Source of the DNA: Albugo candida
Lineage: Eukaryota
Reading direction: 5' to 3'
Length of the DNA: 64,000 bases
Assembly (NCBI GenBank): GCA_040437565.1
Contig: JBDOQK010000036.1
Span: 248,001-312,000, forward strand
The translations under genes were made by a program, and so were the position numbers. Positions 14,262 through 25,067 of the stretch are shown here, piece by piece. The stretch's first letter is position 1, and each line of letters starts with the position of its first letter. The notes beneath the pieces are model-generated. The model ran no database searches and had not been told where the DNA came from. It was given only the letters and a program-made list of their open reading frames with translations.

Positions 14262-15979
14262 ACTTTTTCGGTCCATTTTCCCCAAAATACTACGCGCGGA
14301 AGCATACGCAATGTTCCCATTGGAATATAAATAGCGGCGTCTTTTTTCAGCACTTGTCAATCTCAATCGACGTCGAACGCGTCCCAATGTTTTTATTTTC
14401 GTGTGCGCGCACAAACTCATGCGATTCCTTTGTCAAAAACTCACTGGCACCAACTTCACACGCGTTGGGTTCGTATGAGCCTTTCAGTCGCATACATTCG
14501 ATCCGAGATGAACAGCCTGTCGTCGTATCCTGGGCCCAGCCAGCCCGTGAAGAAGCTTCTAACGGCGAGGAAGTGCCCATACCCGAGCATTCTGTGGGCA
14601 TGTATCACCTTTTCTGTCATCCTGATCTTTGGTCGCCAGTGTTTGCAGCTTCTGGCGAGTTCACTGTCAAAGTTGTGCGTGCATTTTTCAAAAATGGCGT
14701 TGCAATGTTCCAATTCGCAATCATTTGCTCCTCTGTGCGAAGTCTGATAGAAGAGACTCGAGCCAATGCGGCTTCCAAACGATGCGCGTATGTCAAGTGT
14801 ACAACTCGAACTGAGCAGCAAGTGTCTGAGTTTTTCAATCTCATCTCTTTGCGATATGTGGGCCATCGCTTTGCCGAGAATTTGCCGGGAAGTAGAGGCT
14901 GGACTGAGCTTTTTACTGGGGGATACTGTCTGGATGCACAGTCCAAGGCCATTCAATCCCTTTTGTGCACTCTACTGAGCATGACAAGGATCGGATTCAA
15001 TCATCTGGTGGTCTTGGACGATCCTATTATTGAAGATATGCACGTACGAAAGTTTCTCGATCTTCTCGCTGGATTTGGAGATTCCACCATTATTGCGACG
15101 TGTTCGTGCGACGCACGTATCGAGAGGAAGGAAGAGCGTCCATTACTTCCATCCGCTTGGTTTGACTCGAGGATAGAGACATCCGCACAAGCAGTGGGAA
15201 ATTCCACAGTTCAGGATCTGTTCATGTCGCCTCGACAAGTAGCGACCAGGAGTTGGCAAGGTATACAGCCTCAGGTTAAAAAATCTCTATGTATCAAGCC
15301 GCATATACTGGACGGAAACCTGCAAAGAAGCTTTAAACCCAACACCTGTATCCGCTTTATCTCACCATCTCAATGGCACTCCAACTGCTGTATCGAAGAC
15401 GCATTCACCGTTGACATCACCAGCATCACAATGGCCCAAGATGTCGCCTACTTTGGCATCGTGGTGCTGTATTACGCGCATAATCGACTGGAGCAAACGT
15501 GCGTTCGTCGACGATATTCAGACTTTGTGAGGCTTGCAGATCAAATGGATCGAAAACTTTCGACTATTTTATTGAGCCAACTTCTTCCAAGAAAAACATT
15601 TCGTCGTCCAAGCGGAGCCAAATCCATTGAACGACGAGCGTACGCGCTGCAATTATTCTTAGAGTACATGCTCAATATCCAATTTCGCGGTGTTTTGGAT
15701 CAAAAAGTCCCATTGAGTGCCGAGCCAAATGTCCGATCGTTTTTGAATCTTCCTCAAGTGCGATGGAATCTCGTCCCTCACGCATTGGCAATTGAACCCG
15801 CAGCGGAATTGCAGCGTTATCGTCAGAAAAGCAAATCATTTGTCCGAAGTAAAGCGTACAACGAGCCTATAGAGATGTTTCCATCAGATTTAGACACAAT
15901 CAATTCGCCTCTTTCATCGAGTGACTGTGATGCATCGAATTATTGCTCTTTAGGACAGCAAGGAAGTGATTCTGAATAG
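14258..15979 (+). CDS. PX (Phox) domain protein; true start uncertain
   Basis: C-terminal PX motif VRRRYSDFVRL..LPRKTF..IERRAYALQLFLEYML..VRSFL, plus a degenerate PX-like segment in the N-terminal half. Confidence 0.8.
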   Translation: MNFFGPFSPKYYARKHTQCSHWNINSGVFFQHLSISIDVERVPMFLFSCARTNSCDSFVKNSLAPTSHALGSYEPFSRIHSIRDEQPVVVSWAQPAREEASNGEEVPIPEHSVGMYHLFCHPDLWSPVFAASGEFTVKVVRAFFKNGVAMFQFAIICSSVRSLIEETRANAASKRCAYVKCTTRTEQQVSEFFNLISLRYVGHRFAENLPGSRGWTELFTGGYCLDAQSKAIQSLLCTLLSMTRIGFNHLVVLDDPIIEDMHVRKFLDLLAGFGDSTIIATCSCDARIERKEERPLLPSAWFDSRIETSAQAVGNSTVQDLFMSPRQVATRSWQGIQPQVKKSLCIKPHILDGNLQRSFKPNTCIRFISPSQWHSNCCIEDAFTVDITSITMAQDVAYFGIVVLYYAHNRLEQTCVRRRYSDFVRLADQMDRKLSTILLSQLLPRKTFRRPSGAKSIERRAYALQLFLEYMLNIQFRGVLDQKVPLSAEPNVRSFLNLPQVRWNLVPHALAIEPAAELQRYRQKSKSFVRSKAYNEPIEMFPSDLDTINSPLSSSDCDASNYCSLGQQGSDSE

Positions 15980-16099
15980 CAAAAATCAAATGATTTTCAG
16001 TCTTTTGTCCAAACAAACGCATTCCCTATGACCGGTTGCGTTTAATTTAGCTCATTAGTTGACTTCAGATCTCTGTGTCGGATCAGTGTTTGCCCTACG

Positions 16100-16831
16100 A
16101 TGCAGAATATGAAGTGTGTGATCGTGGGGTAAGCTCTGGCGCTTTTGTTTGACGGGATAGAGGCTCATTGACGTAATAGGGACGGAGCTGTGGGGAAGAC
16201 CTGTGTGCTGATCTCATACACAACCAATACGTTCCCTGGCGAATACATTCCAACGGTCTTTGACAATTACACAGCCAATGTGATGATTGACTCCAAACCT
16301 GTGAGCTTGGGCTTGTGGGATACAGCCGGACAGGAAGACTACAATCGCTTGCGTCCGCTTAGCTATCCGCAGACGGATGTCTTTATTATATGCTTTTCGA
16401 TCGTCAGGTACCTCCACGCAAGTGACATGAGATTTTTGCTTATTCGTTGAACGCAGCCGAGCTTCTTTTAAGAATGTACGGGCCAAATGGCACCCTGAAA
16501 TCTCACATCATGCGCCTGGAACTCCATTTGTCCTTATTGGGACCAAGTCGGATTTAAGAAAGGATAAAGAAACACTCCAGCAACTTGAGCAGAATGATAT
16601 GGCACCAATTACGACTAAAGAGGTTTGAAGTGCTTCTCATAGGACTTGAGACACTCACTTTGACCGTAGGGCGAAGAATTGGGCAATGAGCTTGGGGCGT
16701 ACAAGTATTTGGAATGCTCCGCGCTGACGCAGGAAGGACTTAAACAAGTTTTCGATGAAGCGATCCGGTGCGTATTGATCAGTCAAGAAACGCCAAAACG
16801 GAAGCCCAAGAAAGTATGCGTTATGCTCTGA
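16100..16831 (+). CDS. RAC1: Rac-type Rho family small GTPase
   Basis: [50 protein letters not shown], a polybasic tail and CAAX CVML*. Three short introns. Confidence 0.95.
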
Positions 16832-16972
16832 GCCGCGAGGCATTGATTGTATCCTTGTACGTGTGTGAAGCAAGACATTATGATAAATAAACGCATTTCA
16901 TTAAACGTCTCACGGTTGTGGGCATCCATTTCGCCCGGTAGGCCTTGAAACCACACGCTCATTCTGCAGAGT

Positions 16973-18762
16973 CTACGCTTGCAAAGGTGAAAAGGCTTCG
17001 TCTTCTCTTTTGAGCTGATTGCGAGCTTCTATACGCAGCTACACCAACGGAGACGTCAATATCATTTCAACACGATCGAGTCTCTCACCTCTCGTATCTC
17101 TTTCATCAACTCGCCTTCAATTGGGAGGCTTTTCTCTGAAGTTACCTGACAACGATCTGTACAGAACGCGATGAACGTATCCTCATCATGTAGATCATCC
17201 CCCAAATCACGCAGGAGCGCTTGTAAATCATCGGTTTCTGCTTCGAGAATGGAAGGTCGATACCACTCTAAAATTGCAAGCGCTACTCGAAAGAAAACCT
17301 GTTGTCCGTCCAAAAGGAATACGTCCCAAACGCGAAGTGCTGTCTCTGTGGGAAGTGTACGAAGAAAACCGCATAGAAACCAATGCAAAGTGATCAAATG
17401 AATTTGAATTCCGTTGGCTTTGAAATGAGCTGCGATGTCGGGGTAACGCTTCTGTATCAACTGCTGGAAAACAAGCTGATCTGTACGGCTTCCGAGCATC
17501 GTTTGCGAGTAATTCTCGGCGCAGAGGTAGAAGGAGGGATCCTCATGAAGCAGAACACTTAGCAGCCAAAATGCATCTTCTTCGGGTATGAATAAAAGCA
17601 TCATTCCAGTGATGAAATTCATCGACTGGCAGTATCCAATCGACGGATTATGCAGAGAATAAGCTGCTAGCACGTTCCTTAGTTCTCTTCTGCCTTGTTG
17701 TCGACAAAAAAATGGATGTTCCGGAAAGGTACGGGAGACATCTTTCTCAATATCCGGCAAGGACTATGCATAATGCAAAATGTTGAGATGGGTGCCGATC
17801 ATCGACATAATGACTCACGGGAGAAGCATCCACTCGATCAAGAAGATTTGCATAATAATCGATCGGATATGTTTGTTTCTGCAGAGAAATGCGAGCAAGA
17901 AAAGTCCAAATTTGAGGTCGAAATGGACCCGGAATGCCTCCTGCGACCAAACGCTAGCGATGCTCACACTAAGAAGGTCCATTGAGACGAAAGACAGGAT
18001 AACAGTACCCGTAATTCCGCATGAAATGTCTCCAATACGCACTCGTCGTGACATTCTCCTTCTATAAGCTTGGAAACCGCTTCGGAGCCTCCATATGTAC
18101 TCATAAATCTCGCCCAATTCTCGGCAGCTTGTAGCCTCTGTGAAGTGAAATGTGAGTCATACAATGAAAGTAATCGTTCGTACTCGCACCCGGTGCTTTC
18201 GATGTTGTTGCTGTAATGTCGAGCGGATAATGTGTTTGTCGCTTTTGGCGAAGCCATACTCATCGCAGTTGCAAAGTGTTTCCTCGTGGCGGTATCGGCT
18301 TAAGGGAAGCACAGAGGAGTCACAGAATCGAAGGAGAAGTGGAACGGAAGTCTGACAGCTTTTCTCGCGAATTTGCTGCAAAATAGCAGAAAAGGTCCAT
18401 GAAGACACATCGATTCCATTCACAGCGACAACGAGAAACCCCGGAAGAATAACTTGCTTGATGCTGGACGCGATACCGCTCGAATGAATGCTTTTCACGA
18501 TCGCGTATTGCCCTTGAAGATCTGTCTCAAGTTCGATTCCTAGTCTCACAGACGCAATCGTTGCGGGTAAAGCTCGTAAGGCTTTATGTGTGGGGAATTC
18601 TACTTCATACAAGCAAGCAATTGCCTCTGTAGTCTTCCATCGAGCCCCCCTCATCGACTTTCCTAAAGTCTTGCTCGAAGCTGTCTCCAACAACACCCAA
18701 GCTGCTGAGCCTCTCGTCCGAATGTGATATTTCGTGCGAATTACGCGAGCAAAAGACCCGAA
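16973..18762 (-). other. 5'-truncated duplicate of the PDZ-TBC gene (assembly overlap artefact)
   Basis: Appears identical to 18998-20787 (offset 2025) and ends at a 100-N gap. Confidence 0.85.
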
Positions 18763-18997
18763 NNNNNNNNNNNNNNNNNNNNNNNNNNNNNNNNNNNNNN
18801 NNNNNNNNNNNNNNNNNNNNNNNNNNNNNNNNNNNNNNNNNNNNNNNNNNNNNNNNNNNNNNAGGCATTGATTGTATCCTTGTACGTGTGTGAAGCAAGA
18901 CATTATGATAAATAAACGCATTTCATTAAACGTCTCACGGTTGTGGGCATCCATTTCGCCCGGTAGGCCTTGAAACCACACGCTCATTCTGCAGAGT

Positions 18998-21048
18998 CTA
19001 CGCTTGCAAAGGTGAAAAGGCTTCGTCTTCTCTTTTGAGCTGATTGCGAGCTTCTATACGCAGCTACACCAACGGAGACGTCAATATCATTTCAACACGA
19101 TCGAGTCTCTCACCTCTCGTATCTCTTTCATCAACTCGCCTTCAATTGGGAGGCTTTTCTCTGAAGTTACCTGACAACGATCTGTACAGAACGCGATGAA
19201 CGTATCCTCATCATGTAGATCATCCCCCAAATCACGCAGGAGCGCTTGTAAATCATCGGTTTCTGCTTCGAGAATGGAAGGTCGATACCACTCTAAAATT
19301 GCAAGCGCTACTCGAAAGAAAACCTGTTGTCCGTCCAAAAGGAATACGTCCCAAACGCGAAGTGCTGTCTCTGTGGGAAGTGTACGAAGAAAACCGCATA
19401 GAAACCAATGCAAAGTGATCAAATGAATTTGAATTCCGTTGGCTTTGAAATGAGCTGCGATGTCGGGGTAACGCTTCTGTATCAACTGCTGGAAAACAAG
19501 CTGATCTGTACGGCTTCCGAGCATCGTTTGCGAGTAATTCTCGGCGCAGAGGTAGAAGGAGGGATCCTCATGAAGCAGAACACTTAGCAGCCAAAATGCA
19601 TCTTCTTCGGGTATGAATAAAAGCATCATTCCAGTGATGAAATTCATCGACTGGCAGTATCCAATCGACGGATTATGCAGAGAATAAGCTGCTAGCACGT
19701 TCCTTAGTTCTCTTCTGCCTTGTTGTCGACAAAAAAATGGATGTTCCGGAAAGGTACGGGAGACATCTTTCTCAATATCCGGCAAGGACTATGCATAATG
19801 CAAAATGTTGAGATGGGTGCCGATCATCGACATAATGACTCACGGGAGAAGCATCCACTCGATCAAGAAGATTTGCATAATAATCGATCGGATATGTTTG
19901 TTTCTGCAGAGAAATGCGAGCAAGAAAAGTCCAAATTTGAGGTCGAAATGGACCCGGAATGCCTCCTGCGACCAAACGCTAGCGATGCTCACACTAAGAA
20001 GGTCCATTGAGACGAAAGACAGGATAACAGTACCCGTAATTCCGCATGAAATGTCTCCAATACGCACTCGTCGTGACATTCTCCTTCTATAAGCTTGGAA
20101 ACCGCTTCGGAGCCTCCATATGTACTCATAAATCTCGCCCAATTCTCGGCAGCTTGTAGCCTCTGTGAAGTGAAATGTGAGTCATACAATGAAAGTAATC
20201 GTTCGTACTCGCACCCGGTGCTTTCGATGTTGTTGCTGTAATGTCGAGCGGATAATGTGTTTGTCGCTTTTGGCGAAGCCATACTCATCGCAGTTGCAAA
20301 GTGTTTCCTCGTGGCGGTATCGGCTTAAGGGAAGCACAGAGGAGTCACAGAATCGAAGGAGAAGTGGAACGGAAGTCTGACAGCTTTTCTCGCGAATTTG
20401 CTGCAAAATAGCAGAAAAGGTCCATGAAGACACATCGATTCCATTCACAGCGACAACGAGAAACCCCGGAAGAATAACTTGCTTGATGCTGGACGCGATA
20501 CCGCTCGAATGAATGCTTTTCACGATCGCGTATTGCCCTTGAAGATCTGTCTCAAGTTCGATTCCTAGTCTCACAGACGCAATCGTTGCGGGTAAAGCTC
20601 GTAAGGCTTTATGTGTGGGGAATTCTACTTCATACAAGCAAGCAATTGCCTCTGTAGTCTTCCATCGAGCCCCCCTCATCGACTTTCCTAAAGTCTTGCT
20701 CGAAGCTGTCTCCAACAACACCCAAGCTGCTGAGCCTCTCGTCCGAATGTGATATTTCGTGCGAATTACGCGAGCAAAAGACCCGAAAGAGAGATTCTCA
20801 CCGATAATTTGGCTGATTTGATGTCTACTCGTCAAGTGATTTGGATGACAATTACGGAGCTTAGCAATTGTACCGAAATTATAATCCTTTTGCTTGTCAG
20901 CTCCATGTGCCGCGATATTGGACGAATGTGAGGCTTTACGAGTCTCTTGCATCTTCCTGCCAGCAGAGACGTCATATTCTCTACCAGGAGGATGATACAA
21001 AGCGGTGAAATCTGACTTGTCGCGCTCGACAGCGTCAAAAAGCCCCAT
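18998..21048 (-). CDS. PDZ + TBC domain Rab GTPase-activating protein
   Basis: PDZ-like (LGIELETD..PGFLVVAVNGIDV), DEYGF, GGIPGPFRPQIW, Arg finger IEKDVSRTFP and Gln finger YCQSMNF. Several short introns. Confidence 0.9.
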
Positions 21049-21729
21049 CCAAAGTGCGTCTATGAATTCTAAAATCGACTATTTATAGAGAGAAGGAGGT
21101 GGAATCAAGCACAATGAACCCTCCAACTTGAGGCTTTACGATGGGAGAGGGACGACGGAGTAGACGAAGTAGGTTGCTATTTGAGATGAGAGAGATGGTG
21201 AGGGTCTGTGATGCAGAGCCAACAGAGAACTCTCATGCGTCCGTGTTCTTTTCTTATCCTACTTGAGTCGTCGCCCTGGATCGAACGCGAGGCGTTCATG
21301 CTGCCGCTTTACTGAAATTGGAACAAGTAGACAGATGTGCTGTCGTTGAGATTTAAGAATCGTTGAGCTCTTTCGTAACATTTCACGTAAGAAATGAAGT
21401 CTTTGATCGGTAATACTGACGAGCGTTTGGGCTGTGAAGAATCCAATTCGCATGAAAACGCCTCATTTGATCGGAAAAAAGTGCTCCAAACTCACATTCT
21501 CGAACTTCTCAGAGAGTTTCGCAGGCACCGAAATTCGATTGAAGCGTTTGTCGCACAAATTCTCCGCANNNNNNNNNNNNNNNNNNNNNNNNNNNNNNNN
21601 NNNNNNNNNNNNNNNNNNNNNNNNNNNNNNNNNNNNNNNNNNNNNNNNNNNNNNNNNNNNNNNNNNNNAGATGTGCTGTCGTTGAGATTTAAGAATCGTT
21701 GAGCTCTTTCGTAACATTTCACGTAAGAA

Positions 21730-24700
21730 ATGAAGTCTTTGATCGGTAATACTGACGAGCGTTTGGGCTGTGAAGAATCCAATTCGCATGAAAACGCCTC
21801 ATTTGATCGGAAAAAAGTGCTCCAAACTCACATTCTCGAACTTCTCAGAGAGTTTCGCAGGCACCGAAATTCGATTGAAGCGTTTGTCGCACAAATTCTC
21901 CGCAGAAATGCGCCAATGGACCAGGTCGCGGGAAACGCTATCGCTCCGATTGAGGAAGGCTTCCATTCTATCAAAGCGATCATCGATCTCATGGTACTGA
22001 CAGCGCAGCGTCTCGGTGAACAAGTCTTTGAGAAGATCAGTTTGCAGATTTGCAAAAGTATCAAAAGCAAAGTTTTTTCCGAAGAAGCAAATCAAATTCG
22101 ATTCGCGTCGCTGTACAAAATGGAATTGCGTCGGCACGTCACTATCGAAAACATTCAGCAAGAGATTTTGTGCAACAAACAAATGACTCACCGATTCGAT
22201 GTACGCTCTCAACGATCAGCTTTGATGGAGGCGTCAACGGATCGATCGATATCCGGGTCGAAATACCAGTTTAGGCTTCACGCGCTGGACCGAGTGCTTC
22301 AGGCGGCCAGAAGACCTCATTGCGTGACTTTGCGATATGTCGAAGAGACAAAGCAATTCATATACTCATCCGATGCGAGCGATGTGGCTGAGGTCCAATC
22401 TTTACAGAATCGGGTCGATATGCTTGCAAAGAAAACGGACTTATCTCACCAATGGATTCAATCGAGATGCGGCCTCAAGAAAAAGACTTTGATCTTCAAG
22501 AAGCTCGTGCAAATTCTGTCCACGATACCGCTGTTTTCTGTGTCGATACGACATTCTTCGACTATAGAACATGATCCATCCTCCTTTCTGGATGACGTTG
22601 TAGAATTCGCATTAGCAGCTTCGTATGCATCGCTTCCTCTGGGCTCTCCTCTTTGTTTAAAGGATCATCCAATGCAAGAGCTTTTTGTCATCGTTGAAGG
22701 CGCTATAGGAGGTGAATCAGCTTCATCTTTGTATCTTGGTGAAATGGCTTTCCTCGATCCCGACGCGTTGTGGTCACAAACATGGCGAGTGACTTCCCCA
22801 ATGGCCACAGTCTTCTCACTGACCAGTAAGGACTTTGACAAGGTATTGACTCGACTACTTGGCTTGGGCAATGAGCGAGTTTCAAAACGTGACTCTCCAC
22901 TTCTATCGACCCACCATTCTCCACGAGCAAGCTCCAGACGCTTATCCATTACGGCTCGTACTCATAAGGGCAAGAAACTCAGCAAAATCGATTTGTACAA
23001 AGCGAATCGGAACATTTGGGATGATAAAGTATCTGTGAAAAAAGAAAATAATCTTCATCTTCCGTTGTTGGATGCGCCAAAAAAGCACGAATTCGAGGCG
23101 GTCAATGCATCGGAGGCAGAGGCTCACAAGCCGATTCAATTGCCAATAGCATCCGATGTACAGTATTACCCGAGCTTTAAAGTGAGCACATATCGCACTG
23201 AAGAAGACCAATTGCGCCACGAAAGCGATATGTCCCTGTTTGATCGTCCGTTTCTGCGATCGATGCCTCCAATCGCCTTTCCAGTGCTCAAAATGGACGA
23301 TATTGTGGCAGATGCATTGATGCCAATTCTCCCCGAAACGGAATGTGCCGCATTTTCCAGCTCCGATACCAATGTGTACGCGTCACTATTCACGCAACCA
23401 AATATACTCCGAAAGGATGTTCTTCGCGGACTTCTCGAGCAATCTGATTATAAGAACGACAGTATGACGACCTCACCTCACGGAGACTCCAGTGATACGG
23501 AGGCTTCACCTTTCGGAGACGCTCAGATCCAACAAAGCGAACAGATCGTGTCTCAAGGCGAATCATCATCTCCAAGTCAAACAAAGGCACATGAAATGAC
23601 TTCTTTCAATACTCTTCAAAATCATTGGAATCGTAGACGATCAACCATCGGTAAACGTGAGCAATCCAGGTCTACTAACGATACATCATCTGCAAAGACT
23701 TCTCCAGATTGTCGTCCTGGTGCACTTTTCGATCCAATAGAAAATCGAGACTCCTTGGTGTCTACCAGACGTTCGAGTTTGGACGACGAATTCTCTGAAG
23801 GTAGTCATTCCCATGAAAATTCCGAATTTAATGCTTCGGTCTCGTTTGCGGTCGCACACCGAATCCATCGACTTATTGTAAACAAACAGCGACAGCCACT
23901 GACCGAGCCGCCGGGTGATCGGACGGATACACTCTCATCCTCATCCTTGGTACAGGACACTGCCACGCTCAATACTGAAGCTTCCCTTCCAATACCATTA
24001 AAAATGGACCTTCAGCACCGCATGACAAAAGTCTTTGACCAGTTGGGAATGACCGCCAAACAGAAGCTAATTGTTGTGCTGAAATACACATCTGGCTCTC
24101 TTTCGTATCAATTTGCCGATGCTGTGGCGTGTTGGGAACAAGCGACTTATCTCATTATGGAACGAGAGATTCTGATGGCCAAAGTCGATCAATTTGAGTA
24201 TAATGCCAGTGACCCAAGACGATTCTTCAAAACGCTGTCGACGAAGCGGCTTGAAGAAGAGAGAGAGCGGAAGAAAATCATTCACCAACTCCATCAGCTC
24301 ACAATTGCTTGCGATAAAGCGCTTTTGAATTTGGAAAAGTTTGGAGACGAATCCCTTTTGTGCTTTAACGGAGAAGAACGTTCGTATCGGGAGAAATTGA
24401 GCAAGGATTATACTGAAGTTTTATACGCCGGCGAGCAGAAACGCTTGTCTGTGATCAATGATACGAAGGACGCCACGGTACTGGCGCATAATGAAGTCCA
24501 AGTGCGCGGGAAAGACGAAGAACAGCGAGTAACCGCTCCATCCCTGGCAGGTCCTCGTCTGGAACTACCAAGCCTCATCTCTGCAACAAGTGCTCGAAAT
24601 TGGGATCAAAATAAGGTCCTTCTTCGATTTCGGCGACAAGCAAATTTGTTGCGCACACGGCGACAAATGGAAGCAAAGAAAGCAGACACTGCGCATACTT

Positions 24701-24807
24701 TGAGCTCTGCGCTCTCCAGTCGGACACTTGCCGGCAAATTCCAAGTATCGACGTCCACTGAACGTCGAATTCCGACACCACCGTCTCGGAATAACAAACA
24801 GTTATGA
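21730..24807 (+). CDS. cNMP-binding-like domain + CCDC87-like C-terminal domain protein; start may lie upstream
   Basis: cNMP-like LFVIVEG..YLGEMAFL..VFSLTSKDFDKVL. The C-terminal LQHRM..LKY..WEQA..ERE..FEYNASDPRRFF..EEERER..YREKL..DYTEVLY resembles CCDC87. Confidence 0.7.
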   Translation: MKSLIGNTDERLGCEESNSHENASFDRKKVLQTHILELLREFRRHRNSIEAFVAQILRRNAPMDQVAGNAIAPIEEGFHSIKAIIDLMVLTAQRLGEQVFEKISLQICKSIKSKVFSEEANQIRFASLYKMELRRHVTIENIQQEILCNKQMTHRFDVRSQRSALMEASTDRSISGSKYQFRLHALDRVLQAARRPHCVTLRYVEETKQFIYSSDASDVAEVQSLQNRVDMLAKKTDLSHQWIQSRCGLKKKTLIFKKLVQILSTIPLFSVSIRHSSTIEHDPSSFLDDVVEFALAASYASLPLGSPLCLKDHPMQELFVIVEGAIGGESASSLYLGEMAFLDPDALWSQTWRVTSPMATVFSLTSKDFDKVLTRLLGLGNERVSKRDSPLLSTHHSPRASSRRLSITARTHKGKKLSKIDLYKANRNIWDDKVSVKKENNLHLPLLDAPKKHEFEAVNASEAEAHKPIQLPIASDVQYYPSFKVSTYRTEEDQLRHESDMSLFDRPFLRSMPPIAFPVLKMDDIVADALMPILPETECAAFSSSDTNVYASLFTQPNILRKDVLRGLLEQSDYKNDSMTTSPHGDSSDTEASPFGDAQIQQSEQIVSQGESSSPSQTKAHEMTSFNTLQNHWNRRRSTIGKREQSRSTNDTSSAKTSPDCRPGALFDPIENRDSLVSTRRSSLDDEFSEGSHSHENSEFNASVSFAVAHRIHRLIVNKQRQPLTEPPGDRTDTLSSSSLVQDTATLNTEASLPIPLKMDLQHRMTKVFDQLGMTAKQKLIVVLKYTSGSLSYQFADAVACWEQATYLIMEREILMAKVDQFEYNASDPRRFFKTLSTKRLEEERERKKIIHQLHQLTIACDKALLNLEKFGDESLLCFNGEERSYREKLSKDYTEVLYAGEQKRLSVINDTKDATVLAHNEVQVRGKDEEQRVTAPSLAGPRLELPSLISATSARNWDQNKVLLRFRRQANLLRTRRQMEAKKADTAHTLSSALSSRTLAGKFQVSTSTERRIPTPPSRNNKQL

Positions 24808-25067
24808 TTGAGCATGAGAGTCGTTTAAGAGCGAGAGAAGCGGCGGATTGTGCGCCTAGTGTGATGTATATGGCAAGAGGAAGACAGGGAACAGCTGAGT
24901 TATTTAGCTGGTGGATCTGTTCGCGTAGAGCGTTCAAACGATCACATAGAATACAATCTTATTTAAAGTGAAATATGATCTTACGCAACTTTGCAGCTAC
25001 AAATTCACGCTTTTATTGGCTGATATGGAATTGTACCGTGATCGTGGCACACTGTTCCCTTATTATA

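Noticed and set aside
16838-20787. Apparent ~1.9-kb tandem duplication of the TBC gene
   Set aside because: The copies look identical, including introns, and are separated by a fixed 100-N gap, so this is a scaffolding overlap rather than biology.
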